Shown: piece after piece, positions 30,758 to 40,048 of the stretch
Position numbering within the stretch: the stretch's first letter is position 1
Layout: each line of letters starts with the position of its first letter
Assembly (NCBI GenBank): GCA_964410925.1
Contig: CAYPIW010000051.1
Location: forward strand, 1 to 63,500
DNA length: 63,500 nt
Direction of reading: 5' to 3'
Origin: an uncultured Desulfobacteraceae bacterium
GTDB taxonomy: Bacteria > Desulfobacterota > Desulfobacteria > Desulfobacterales > UBA11574
Program-made: the position numbers and the translations under genes
The notes under the pieces: generated by a model
Database searches by the model: none
Told to the model about the DNA's origin: nothing
What the model saw: only the letters and a program-made list of their open reading frames with translations

Positions 30758-30785
30758 CGGGGCTCCGGAATTGAGAGCCCCGTTT
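30755..30785. terminator. Intrinsic terminator between the activator gene and cooS
   Basis: AAACGGGGCTC-loop-GAGCCCCGTTT. Confidence 0.8.
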
Positions 30786-30835
30786 GTTATTAATGCATTA
30801 TTAGAGAGTTATGCTTTTTGTTCTTAACCTTTCTA

Positions 30836-32809
30836 TTAAGCGGCCTCAATTTTCCGACGATCATCCATATCCATGAGGACCCTTTCTCTGGCCTTATCAA
30901 TGCCAAGCTCTTTTCTCTTTTTATCGATATGGGCAATCATCATGCGGGCCATTTCCCTGGGATCGGGGGAAAATCCCCATTTGCCCAAACCCTGCTGTTC
31001 AAGTCCCTCAAACAGAAGCTTGTGGAATTTCGTTTCGTTAACAATGGGGAATGTTACCCCAAAAACGGTGAATACGCCCGAGGCAACGAAGTACTGTCCG
31101 ATACTTATGGCTTTTTCACTCATCCATTCGGGTGCGGCACCGGCTACGGGCAACTCGGCGATACTATGTCCCAAACCCCCTTCTTTAACCATGGCAGAAG
31201 CTGCAATCAGAATCCGGCTGTTATCCACGCAAGACCCCATACCCAGGACCGGGGGCATACCCACGGTCTCACATACTTCCTGCAGTCCGGGACCCGCGAG
31301 GATTGCGGCTTCCGGAGCGGTCAATCCGGCTTTGGCAAGGGAAATTTGGGCACATCCTGTCAGTAGGACCAGGACGTCATTTTTGATTAATTCTTTAACC
31401 AGTTCCACATGGACCCAGTCATGTTTGACTCTAGGATTGGTGCAACCCACCACGCCGGCAACTCCACGGATCCTGCCGTTGATGATATTGTCATTGAGTG
31501 GGGTATAAGACCCTCGAAAGGATCCCCCAAGCATGTAGTTGATGTACTCGTGGGAAAACCCGTGGACCCCGATATTCTTAATTCTTGGGATTTCTATTTC
31601 TCCGGTTCTGTTTTTGAACCGGGAAATGGCCTTGATGACGATTTCGTCGGTGCAGGCACTTGGATTATGTTCATCCAGCGCAATGTGCTGTGCGCCTTCG
31701 ATATGACATCTGGGATTGGTGGTGATGAGATGGGTTCCATAGCATTCAGCCACCTTGGCCAGTCCCTGTTTGATGCACTGGACGTCCACGGTCATCGCAT
31801 CCACCGCACCGGTGACGAGCACGGCTTCCGTGGACATAAAGTTCCCTACATGGGGAATGCCGTGACGAGACATCATTTCCGCACCTGAACAGCACATTCC
31901 CACCAGATTGATACCCGCGGCCCCGGCTTTCCGGGCTTCTTCAATGAGGGCGGGCTTATTGACAGACACGAGCATGGATTCAAAAAGATTGGGTTCATGG
32001 CCATGAACGATAACATTGACATGGTCTTCTTTAAGAACTCCCATGTTCACTTCCACACTGACCGGAGTCGGGGTTCCGAATAGAATGTCGGATATCTCCG
32101 TGGCCACCATGGATCCCCCCCATCCGTCGGCAAGGGCGGTACGGTTGATCTGAGTGGTAATATTCTTATAATCCTGATCCACACCCATGTGAGTCCGATG
32201 CATCAGCTCCATGATCTCCCGCATGGCTCCCCTGGGGACGATACCAAGTTTTCGCCAGGTATCCAGTGTTTTTTCAGGAACCCGTTTGGCAAAGGGAATT
32301 TCCCCTTCCACCTGGGTATAGGTACGTTCCAGTTCTTCGTAAAGATCCATTGCAATATCCTGAATCTCGCGCCCTTCAACTTCAATGCCGATGGAAGTTG
32401 CAACGTCCTTAAGCTTGTTTGGGTCCTTAATTTTATAATCCGTGATATTCCCCTTTACCACTTCACGAAAAAGATCGAGCATGCTCATTCCGTGGTCCGT
32501 ATGGGCGGCACTTCCGGAAGCAACCATTCGTGCAAAATTACGAGCCATAATTGTGTCAATGGTTGCACCGCAAACACCTGCTTTTCCATAGGGATCTTTA
32601 GAACTCAACCGGCAAGGTCCCATGGAACAATGTTTGCAACAGGCTGAATCCGCACCAATGGGGCATGCTTTCATGTTGGCCGCCCGGTCAAATGCGGTTT
32701 CTACACCGTCTCTTTTGGCTTTTTCCAGCATTTGTGCAGTGGCCTCACAGATGGTGACATCCCTCGGGATAATCTCTTTTTTCTTGGTCAAAACTTTTTT
32801 TTCTTCCAT
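30836..32809 (-). CDS. cooS: Anaerobic Ni-dependent carbon monoxide dehydrogenase catalytic subunit
   Basis: CPIGADSACCKHCSMGPC (D/B clusters); C-cluster ligands in HGHEP, GMCC, GCTN, TGCA, GSCVD; SEKA lysine. Confidence 0.96.
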   Translation of the reverse strand: MEEKKVLTKKKEIIPRDVTICEATAQMLEKAKRDGVETAFDRAANMKACPIGADSACCKHCSMGPCRLSSKDPYGKAGVCGATIDTIMARNFARMVASGSAAHTDHGMSMLDLFREVVKGNITDYKIKDPNKLKDVATSIGIEVEGREIQDIAMDLYEELERTYTQVEGEIPFAKRVPEKTLDTWRKLGIVPRGAMREIMELMHRTHMGVDQDYKNITTQINRTALADGWGGSMVATEISDILFGTPTPVSVEVNMGVLKEDHVNVIVHGHEPNLFESMLVSVNKPALIEEARKAGAAGINLVGMCCSGAEMMSRHGIPHVGNFMSTEAVLVTGAVDAMTVDVQCIKQGLAKVAECYGTHLITTNPRCHIEGAQHIALDEHNPSACTDEIVIKAISRFKNRTGEIEIPRIKNIGVHGFSHEYINYMLGGSFRGSYTPLNDNIINGRIRGVAGVVGCTNPRVKHDWVHVELVKELIKNDVLVLLTGCAQISLAKAGLTAPEAAILAGPGLQEVCETVGMPPVLGMGSCVDNSRILIAASAMVKEGGLGHSIAELPVAGAAPEWMSEKAISIGQYFVASGVFTVFGVTFPIVNETKFHKLLFEGLEQQGLGKWGFSPDPREMARMMIAHIDKKRKELGIDKARERVLMDMDDRRKIEAA

Positions 32810-32875
32810 TTTGCCTCCCTTCCTGGAAAGATTTTTTATTTAAGGAATTCATTAAAAGTTAATTATTTAACTTTT

Positions 32876-32894
32876 AATAGTAACGATTACTGAT
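32876..32894. promoter_or_regulatory. PerR/Fur-type operator
   Basis: AATAGTAACGATTACTGAT (AGTAA-N3-TTACT palindrome) directly after the cooS -10 box; a Fur-family gene is divergent. Confidence 0.6.
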
Positions 32895-32895
32895 A

Positions 32896-32924
32896 ATAAT
32901 AAGTACCACAATGTGTATTGTCAA
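32896..32924 (-). promoter_or_regulatory. Sigma70 promoter of cooS
   Basis: TTGACA (32924-32919), N17, TATTAT (32901-32896). Confidence 0.75.
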
Positions 32925-33054
32925 CCCCGAAAGATCTGCAATAATCGTACCGAAAATTTTGAGGAGGCCGATACAGACTTGACATGGACCTTTTTTCAGC
33001 ATAAAAGATATAAGGAAAACAGTGGTTCCATCCAGAAGTTGAAAGGATAAGGAA

Positions 33055-33498
33055 TTGGTAAAAGAAAATAAAATGAGGATGACCCAACAGCGCAAGATAA
33101 TTTTAGAAGAGGTGCGAAAGGTCAACACCCATCCGAGTGCCGACGAGATTTACGAAATGGTTCGTTTGCGGTTGCCCAGGATCAGTCTTGGTACGGTTTA
33201 CCGAAATTTGGAAATTCTTTCCGAATTGGGTGAAATTCAGAAGCTTCAACTTAGCGGTTCATTGAAACGTTTTGACTGGAATACAAAAAAGCATTACCAT
33301 ATCCGCTGTGTACGATGTAACCGGGTGGATGATGTTCCAATCGCACCGCTGAACCAGATTGAAGATGAGGTTTATGAGTCAACTGTTTTTGAAATAATAG
33401 GCCACAACCTTGAATTTGTGGGGCTTTGTCCCAAATGCTCAAAAAAAATCAACAAAGTTGACCCAAAAAAATCATCTGTTATGACACATGTCTCATGA
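33055..33498 (+). CDS. perR: Fur-family regulator, PerR-like
   Basis: MTQQR, HPSADEIY, ISLGTVYRNL, HYHIRCVRC, GLCPKC. The PerR subtype is an inference; the start may be ATG 33073. Confidence 0.8.
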   Translation: MVKENKMRMTQQRKIILEEVRKVNTHPSADEIYEMVRLRLPRISLGTVYRNLEILSELGEIQKLQLSGSLKRFDWNTKKHYHIRCVRCNRVDDVPIAPLNQIEDEVYESTVFEIIGHNLEFVGLCPKCSKKINKVDPKKSSVMTHVS

Positions 33499-33602
33499 TA
33501 CATCTATGTATCACGCATCAAATATGAGACGTTTTTTCTACTCTGTGCCACAGGTTTCCCACATCACTAACTTATGTGAACACGTGAGTGACTTCGCCCC
33601 AA

Positions 33603-33903
33603 TTGGAATAATGGAAAAATGGAATAATGGGTTCCGGGAAAATGCAATAATAGGTTCATGGTGAAATTTGATGAACTCGCAAAAAGTCATAAAATCCCTT
33701 TTTCTCTCCGAGCCGTAGGCCGTCATTCCGGCGGAAGCCGGAATCCAGTCTTTTCAATCAGTTGCAGAGCACCTGGACTCCGGTTTTCACCGGAGTGACG
33801 ACTTTTTGCAAATTCATCAAATTTGTAATGACGATAAAATTAAAAATGGCGATTACCCATTTAAAAACCAACCTTCCAGTATTCCACTATTCCATTAATC
33901 CAT
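33603..33903. repeat. Octamer-arm palindromic repeat (TGGAA(T/A)AA arms), interrupted by a MITE
   Basis: Left arm TTGGAATAATGGAAAAATGGAATAATGG; right arm TTCCAGTATTCCACTATTCCATTAATCC. Confidence 0.7.
33670..33818. mobile_element. MITE family B with internal long palindrome
   Basis: TIRs GATGAACTCGCAAAAAGTC / GACTTTTTGCAAATTCATC, flanked by AAATTT on both sides. Internal GTCATTCCGGCGGAAGCCGGAATCCA..TGGACTCCGGTTTTCACCGGAGTGAC. Confidence 0.8.
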
Positions 33904-33992
33904 AGTCGAGATTTGAAGAATTTATGTCGTTTTTATTCACCACTGGCGCTTTGGTTACGGTTACCCGGGTTTTGATTCTTATATCGTCAAAT

Positions 33993-34009
33993 TTGGCACG
34001 AATTTTGAT
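33993..34009 (+). promoter_or_regulatory. Putative sigma54 promoter of the citrate synthase operon
   Basis: TTGGCACGAATTTTGAT: perfect -24 element, but the -12 reads GA instead of GC. Confidence 0.45.
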
Positions 34010-34152
34010 TAATTATCAGAAAAAGAGTAAATTATCACCAGAGCATGAGATTTTAACAAATTGAAAACAAGCAGTGATTTTTATTTTGGTTTGGGTTATT
34101 TTGCTTCATTGGTAATGAGTTCCAACAAAAAATACAGAAATGGAGGTGTACC

Positions 34153-35337
34153 ATGGAAACCTGTCAACCTATCTTAAATACCGGTCTCCGGGGTTTTACA
34201 GTCGCGACAACCAATATCAGCGATGTTGACGGTACTGCCGGCAGATTGATTTACAGAGGGTATCTTGTTCAGGATCTGGCGGGAAAGGCTTCATTTGAAG
34301 AGATCGCCTATCTTCTTCTATATGAAAGACTGCCTCAAAAACAAGAACTTGAAACCTTCAAGAAACAGCTTGCCGGAGAAAGGAGGATACCGTCTGAAGT
34401 GATCGCAGCCCTTGAAACGAGACCCGAAGACGCACTTCCCATGGATGTCCTCCAGGCGGCGGTTGCGATGTTGGCGCACCATGATACGGACACCAGAGAA
34501 CATTCCGCTGAGGCGGCGCTTCGTATGGCCAAGAAGCTTATCGCAAAATTTCCAACCATCGTTGCAGTCTGGGACCGAATCCGTAACAATAAAACACCTG
34601 TTGATCCGGATCCAAACTTGAGTCATGCAGCCAATTTCCTTTATATGCTCAACGGAAAAATTCCCGATGATGAATTGGCCGGATTTTTTGATACGTGTTT
34701 GGTTCTGCATGCAGAACATTCATTTAATGCTTCCACATTTTCGGCAAGACAGGTTGCATCAACGAGGGCCCACATGTACGCTGCCGTGTCTGCCGGCGTG
34801 GGGTCCTTATCCGGAGAATTACATGGTGGTGCGAACACACGGGTTATGGAAATGCTCCTTGATATCGGCGATGCTGACCCTGATCGGGTCGAAGCTTACG
34901 TGAACAATTTATTTGACACCGGCGGAAAGATCATGGGTATGGGCCATGCGGTGTATAAAACCGATGACCCCCGTGCGCATATCCTCGCACCCATGTCCCA
35001 AAAAATGGGGGAACGTACGGGCGAGCCTAAATGGTATGACCTGTCTAAAATTCTCGAAAAAAAAGGCAAGGAAATCTTTAAACGGAAAAAAGGCAGGGAT
35101 ATTTATGTAAACGTTGATTTTTATAGTGCATCTCTTTATTATTACATGGGTATACCGGTGGATCTCTTTACCCCCTTATTTGCAATGGCCAGAATTTCCG
35201 GCTGGGCTGCTCATGTTATCGAAGAGCAATTTGGAGGTGCTGCATCCAAACCGGTGCTTTACCGTCCCGATTCCCAATATGTCGGTGAGTATTGCGGACC
35301 GGATCAGTGTGCTTTTGTACCCATGGAAGAAAGATAG
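34153..35337 (+). CDS. gltA: Citrate synthase (short dimeric type; citrate or 2-methylcitrate)
   Basis: HAEHSFNAST, LHGGAN, GMGHAVY..DPR, NVDFYS, RISGWAAH; RBS GGAGG. Confidence 0.9.
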   Translation: METCQPILNTGLRGFTVATTNISDVDGTAGRLIYRGYLVQDLAGKASFEEIAYLLLYERLPQKQELETFKKQLAGERRIPSEVIAALETRPEDALPMDVLQAAVAMLAHHDTDTREHSAEAALRMAKKLIAKFPTIVAVWDRIRNNKTPVDPDPNLSHAANFLYMLNGKIPDDELAGFFDTCLVLHAEHSFNASTFSARQVASTRAHMYAAVSAGVGSLSGELHGGANTRVMEMLLDIGDADPDRVEAYVNNLFDTGGKIMGMGHAVYKTDDPRAHILAPMSQKMGERTGEPKWYDLSKILEKKGKEIFKRKKGRDIYVNVDFYSASLYYYMGIPVDLFTPLFAMARISGWAAHVIEEQFGGAASKPVLYRPDSQYVGEYCGPDQCAFVPMEER

Positions 35338-35378
35338 TTTATGGCCTGAAAAAGATGAATTCGTAAAAAGGAGGTTCT

Positions 35379-36008
35379 GTGAGAAAATGGCAATGTACGG
35401 TGTGCGGTTATATACATGAGGGGAATGAACCTCCTGAAGAATGTCCGGTGTGCGGAGCGGATCGAAGCAAATTTGTTGAGATTGTTTCTGAAAAACCGGT
35501 AGAAACTCAAATGGATCAGCCGGAATCTGACGACAAAAGCATGGAGTCAAAACCCGAATCAGCTATTTTCCACTCCAAACTAAACTCGATTTTTGATCTG
35601 ATGGTAAGGCATCATGTGCATCCGATTTCGGTCCACATCCCAAACGGAGTCCTTCCGGCTTCTGTTACATTTATTGTTTTAGCCGCAGTGTTTAATTTCA
35701 GCGGTCTAAGTAAAGCAGCTTTTTACAATCTTATATTTGTTGTTCTTACCCTGCCGCTGGTCCTTTTTTCAGGGTATATCGAATGGCAGAAAAAATACAG
35801 AGGCCGACTGACCCGGCTGTTTAAAATCAAGATCATTAGCGCCGCCGTGGTATCATTAACGGCGGTTATTCTGGTGGTATGGCTTTTCATTGATCCCCAG
35901 GCAGCAACTTCATCGGGTAATTGGTTATTTCTTTTGATTAACCTGGTCATGCTTGCTGCAGCCGGCATTGCGGGATTTATTGGGGGAAAATTTGTTTTTA
36001 AAGACTAA
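35379..36008 (+). CDS. Rubredoxin-like domain fused to a DUF2231-like 4-TM membrane domain
   Basis: WQCTVCGYIH..PEECPVCG, HPISVHIP, C-terminal GFIGGKFVF; GTG start with an AGGAGG RBS. Confidence 0.85.
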   Translation: MRKWQCTVCGYIHEGNEPPEECPVCGADRSKFVEIVSEKPVETQMDQPESDDKSMESKPESAIFHSKLNSIFDLMVRHHVHPISVHIPNGVLPASVTFIVLAAVFNFSGLSKAAFYNLIFVVLTLPLVLFSGYIEWQKKYRGRLTRLFKIKIISAAVVSLTAVILVVWLFIDPQAATSSGNWLFLLINLVMLAAAGIAGFIGGKFVFKD

Positions 36009-37622
36009 ATGAAACGAGAGAGTATAATGGATCAACGGGAAGATATTCAAATTCAGCAAATTCAGAGAGAACTTGCCCAACTGTTTCAGGCAATTCATGT
36101 TGAAATACCGGTTTTTTTATTTGCTCAGCCCGGTAAAAATGATGTTTTCAGTGATATTGCCAGGCAGGCGTTACGTTTTTTTCGCCAGATCACCGATAAA
36201 ATTGTATTGCGCGAATACACGTTATCCCATGAAACCGCACAAAAATGGGAAGTCAATCATACGCCCACGCTGATTTTAGATCCGGACCACTATAATATTC
36301 GCTGGCTGGGAGCCCCAATGGGTGAAGAGGGACGCATTTTTCTGGAAGCGCTCCTTCTTATCGGGTCACAGAAGAGCAATCTTAATAAACACTCCCTACA
36401 GGTACTAAAGAAAATAGATCAACCCCGGCATATTAAGGTGTTTGTCAGTGCCAGTTGCCCGTATTGCCCGCAGCAGGCGTTGAACGCCTTGAAAGCGGCG
36501 GTGGAAAAACCCGATTTGATTTCTCTTGAGATCATAGATATTCAGGCGAATCCGGAACTCACCACCCAATATTCGGCGCACTCTGTTCCCCAGACCTATG
36601 CCAATGATATCCTGATCGCCCAGGGCGCCCAACCCGAAGAGCTTTTCATGCTCTCACTGGATACAATGGAGCAGCAGGCGGTTTTCATACCTGAAAGTGA
36701 TGAACAGGAGATTGAAACCGATCTGGTGATCGTGGGCGGAGGCCCCGCCGGGCTCAGTGCCGGTATATATGCATCACGCAGCGGTCTCAAAACCGTGGTG
36801 GTGGAAAAAGGAGTTCTCGGGGGTCAGGTGGCAACAACTCCCATTGTCGAAAATTATCCCGGCTTTAAACAGGTGGGCGGAAAAACGCTTGTGGACATCA
36901 TGGTTACCCATGCATTGGAATATGTGCAGATCTTTCCCGGAGAAGAAGTTACTGGGGTTGAACCCGGAAAACCCATCTTCGTTCAAACCAGCAGACGAAG
37001 GTTCAAAACCAGGGCAGTGCTCATGGCGACCGGAGCCACCCACAGGAATCTCGGTGTGCCCGGAGAATTGCGTCTTGCCGGACATGGGGTGAGTTATTGC
37101 AGCACATGTGACGGCCCGCTTTTCAAAAATAAAAAAGTGATCATTGTGGGCGGCGGAAATAGCGCCGTTACCGAAGCCCTTCATATGCATCATATCGGCG
37201 TTCATGTAACCCTGGTCCATAGAAGAGACACCTTAAGAGCTCAGGACTTTTTAGTTAAAAACCTCGTTCAAAACAACATCCCGATTCTGTTCAATACACA
37301 AGTCAAGGAAATCAAGGGAAAACACAATGTTGAAGAAGTTCTGCTTTACAATAATAAAACTGAAGAACTCTCCACCTTGCCCGTAAACGGCGTCTTTATT
37401 GCCATTGGCTACGATCCTGCCGTAGGCCTGGCTCAAAAATTAGGACTTGAGCTTACCGAGGAAGGTTACATCAGGCACGATCAATACCGAACCAATATCC
37501 CGGGAATTTATACTTCCGGTGATGTGGCGGGAGGTTACAAGCAAATCGTAACTGCTGCCGGACACGGCGCCGAGGCGGCACTCACCATATTTGAAGACAT
37601 GATAAATCCATATTGGACCTGA
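36009..37622 (+). CDS. Thioredoxin-fold (PDO/AhpF-NTD-like) domains fused to thioredoxin reductase
   Basis: SCPYCP, GGGPAGLSA, GVSYCSTCDG, GGGNSA, GDVAG. The start may be ATG 36027. Confidence 0.9.
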   Translation: MKRESIMDQREDIQIQQIQRELAQLFQAIHVEIPVFLFAQPGKNDVFSDIARQALRFFRQITDKIVLREYTLSHETAQKWEVNHTPTLILDPDHYNIRWLGAPMGEEGRIFLEALLLIGSQKSNLNKHSLQVLKKIDQPRHIKVFVSASCPYCPQQALNALKAAVEKPDLISLEIIDIQANPELTTQYSAHSVPQTYANDILIAQGAQPEELFMLSLDTMEQQAVFIPESDEQEIETDLVIVGGGPAGLSAGIYASRSGLKTVVVEKGVLGGQVATTPIVENYPGFKQVGGKTLVDIMVTHALEYVQIFPGEEVTGVEPGKPIFVQTSRRRFKTRAVLMATGATHRNLGVPGELRLAGHGVSYCSTCDGPLFKNKKVIIVGGGNSAVTEALHMHHIGVHVTLVHRRDTLRAQDFLVKNLVQNNIPILFNTQVKEIKGKHNVEEVLLYNNKTEELSTLPVNGVFIAIGYDPAVGLAQKLGLELTEEGYIRHDQYRTNIPGIYTSGDVAGGYKQIVTAAGHGAEAALTIFEDMINPYWT

Positions 37623-37667
37623 ATTTCCTATAAACGGGTTTTAAAGGGAGTTTAATAAAATTGCTGT

Positions 37668-37701
37668 CCCATAGGACCATGTTTTCAATGTAAAAATAAA
37701 A
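37668..37701 (+). repeat. 34-bp direct repeat, copy 2
   Basis: CCCATAGGACCATGTTTTCAATGTAAAAATAAAA. Confidence 0.7.
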
Positions 37702-37824
37702 TTCCGTGGTGGTTATGTTTGACAAAATTTTCAGAGAATGCGAAAAGATTAAAATATAAGCTGAGGAAAAAAGCGGAGCTTAATAAATTACTATAGAATA
37801 CGATTGATCGAAAGGAGTATCTAA

Positions 37825-38442
37825 ATGGCCGTAATTACCATCAGCAAGGAATTTGGAACCGAAAGCGAAAAGGTGGCGTCCCAGGCAGCCCAAAGACTCG
37901 GTTATGAGTATATTGGAGAACGTTTACTCGCCGAAATTGCCAAGGAACTTCGTGTGTCTGAAAGCGAAGCAGAGATGTTTCGCAAGACCTCCCAGTCTCG
38001 AATCCTTCGTTTTGTCGATCGTTATACCTGTTCTCTTGTTCAAAAGGTGGTGGACCGTGAGCATGGTTGTCTGGTCGACAAGAATTATTATGAAACCACG
38101 AAAAAGCTGGTTTTAAAGGTGTATGAAGCCGGTAATGCGATTATTCTCGGATGGGGCGGCCAGTGTATCTTAAGGGGAAACCCCAATACCCTGCATGTTC
38201 GTCTGATAAAGGATGAGGAAATAAAAATCAAGGAGGTTATGCAAAACAGAAACCTGGATCATAAAGCAGCAAAAGCATTCATTGAAAGAGAAGAAGGCGA
38301 TTTAAAGGCTTACATCGAACATTACTTCAATGAAGACTGGAACGCGGCACACCTTTATGATCTGATTATCGATATGGGAAAAACCTCGGTTGAAAAGGCC
38401 GTTGATTTAATCTGTGATAACCTGAAGCATAAGGATCAGTAA
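37825..38442 (+). CDS. Cytidylate kinase-like family protein
   Basis: MAVITISKEFG, IILGWGGQCIL, LHVRL, YDLIID; RBS AAGGAG. Confidence 0.85.
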   Translation: MAVITISKEFGTESEKVASQAAQRLGYEYIGERLLAEIAKELRVSESEAEMFRKTSQSRILRFVDRYTCSLVQKVVDREHGCLVDKNYYETTKKLVLKVYEAGNAIILGWGGQCILRGNPNTLHVRLIKDEEIKIKEVMQNRNLDHKAAKAFIEREEGDLKAYIEHYFNEDWNAAHLYDLIIDMGKTSVEKAVDLICDNLKHKDQ

Positions 38443-38592
38443 CATCCAATGCCACAGATTCAACCGTTATAATTATAAAATGAGTAAGTCCGCCTGACAT
38501 TTGATTATTACCCAATGGGTAACCCCCTGTTTTCAACACGCTGCCGGACAGATCCCCATGGGGTCTGTTCAGCCTTTGGGAAATGAGATATT

Positions 38593-39990
38593 ATGCCGCT
38601 GAGCTCAAGTACGTATATGGCAGTTACCAGGCAACTGATTGCCAATCAAATTTTAAGACCCACCCAGGAATTTTTCAGAAAAGAGGTTGCAAGCAGCGTG
38701 TTACTCCTTTCTGCTACGGTTATTGCCCTGGTTTGGGCCAATTCCAATTTTGCGGAAACTTACCACAGCTTCTGGCACACCAAAATTTCTCTGGTTTTCG
38801 GAGAGTTTCATGTCAGCAAATCACTGGTCCATTGGATAAACGACGGTTTAATGGCGCTGTTTTTTTTCACCGTGGGACTGGAAATCAAGCGCGAGCTTCT
38901 GGTAGGAGAACTCGCATCACCTAAAAATGCCTTGCTGCCGGCGATTGCCGCGCTGGGGGGAATGCTGGTTCCCGGGCTTATCTATATGGCTTTTAACCTG
39001 GGATCCTCAACCATGGACGGATGGGGGATTCCCATGGCCACGGATATTGCCTTTGCTTTAGGTGCCATTGCCATATTCGGACACAAGCTGCCTGTAAATC
39101 TCCGGGTCTTTCTTGCCGCTTTTGCCATTGCAGATGACTTGGGTGCGGTATTGGTTATCGCCATATTCTATACCAAGGAAATTGTTTGGTTCTATGTCTT
39201 TGTCTGTGCAATACTTACCCTTTGCCTTGCCCTGGCCAATCTTCTTTGGATCAGATGGACACTGGTCTATGCTGTTTTGGGACTTGCCATATGGTTTTTT
39301 GTATTGGGCTCGGGGATTCATCCCACAGTGGCAGGTGTCATCGTTTCTCTGTTCATTCCGGCCCGCGGCAGGTATGATACCGATCATTTTTTGCAGAACG
39401 TCAATCAAATAATGGAAAAATTCAAGTGCGAGGACCAGAGCTGTGGGTATTCAATTCTTCTGAATCAAGAACATATGCATGCCGTACATGCACTGGAGTT
39501 GGCCTGCCACGACGTGGAAACTCCCTTGCAGCGGCTCATGCACGCCCTGCATCCATGGGTGGCATTTACGATTCTGCCTTTTTTCGCCCTGAGCAACGCG
39601 GGACTGAGTTTTCATGGCGTAAATTTTTCAGAAGTCGCGGCACATACGGTAAGCCTGGGCATTTTTTTCGGACTGGTATTTGGAAAACCGTTGGGAGTGT
39701 TGCTTTTTTCTTATATCGCGGTAAAAAGCGGAGCGGGTTCTTTGCCGAAAGATGTCAATTGGTTACATATTTTAGGAAGTGGGATGCTCGGAGGAATCGG
39801 TTTCACCATGTCCCTGTTTATTGCTGATCTTTCATTCTCATCATTTCACATGCTCGGCTATGCAAAGATGGCAATTCTTTTGGCATCCGTGGTATCAGCC
39901 ATCATTGGGATTGGTTTCCTCGGTATCATCGGCACCATCATTCCGTTCTCTGCCGGAAGTATGGACAAATTGGGACTAAAAAACAATTGA
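38593..39990 (+). CDS. nhaA: Na+/H+ antiporter NhaA
   Basis: WINDGLMALFFF, GLEIKRE, ATDIAFA, AIADDLGAV, GKPLG, GIGFTMSLFI. Confidence 0.95.
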   Translation: MPLSSSTYMAVTRQLIANQILRPTQEFFRKEVASSVLLLSATVIALVWANSNFAETYHSFWHTKISLVFGEFHVSKSLVHWINDGLMALFFFTVGLEIKRELLVGELASPKNALLPAIAALGGMLVPGLIYMAFNLGSSTMDGWGIPMATDIAFALGAIAIFGHKLPVNLRVFLAAFAIADDLGAVLVIAIFYTKEIVWFYVFVCAILTLCLALANLLWIRWTLVYAVLGLAIWFFVLGSGIHPTVAGVIVSLFIPARGRYDTDHFLQNVNQIMEKFKCEDQSCGYSILLNQEHMHAVHALELACHDVETPLQRLMHALHPWVAFTILPFFALSNAGLSFHGVNFSEVAAHTVSLGIFFGLVFGKPLGVLLFSYIAVKSGAGSLPKDVNWLHILGSGMLGGIGFTMSLFIADLSFSSFHMLGYAKMAILLASVVSAIIGIGFLGIIGTIIPFSAGSMDKLGLKNN

Positions 39991-40048
39991 TGACAAAAGA
40001 ATGTGCGATTTCCGCGGGACTTCTCAATACGTTCCGGTGCATTAAACT

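Noticed and set aside
33538-33726. 62-aa ORF
   Set aside because: It lies largely within the nested repeats.
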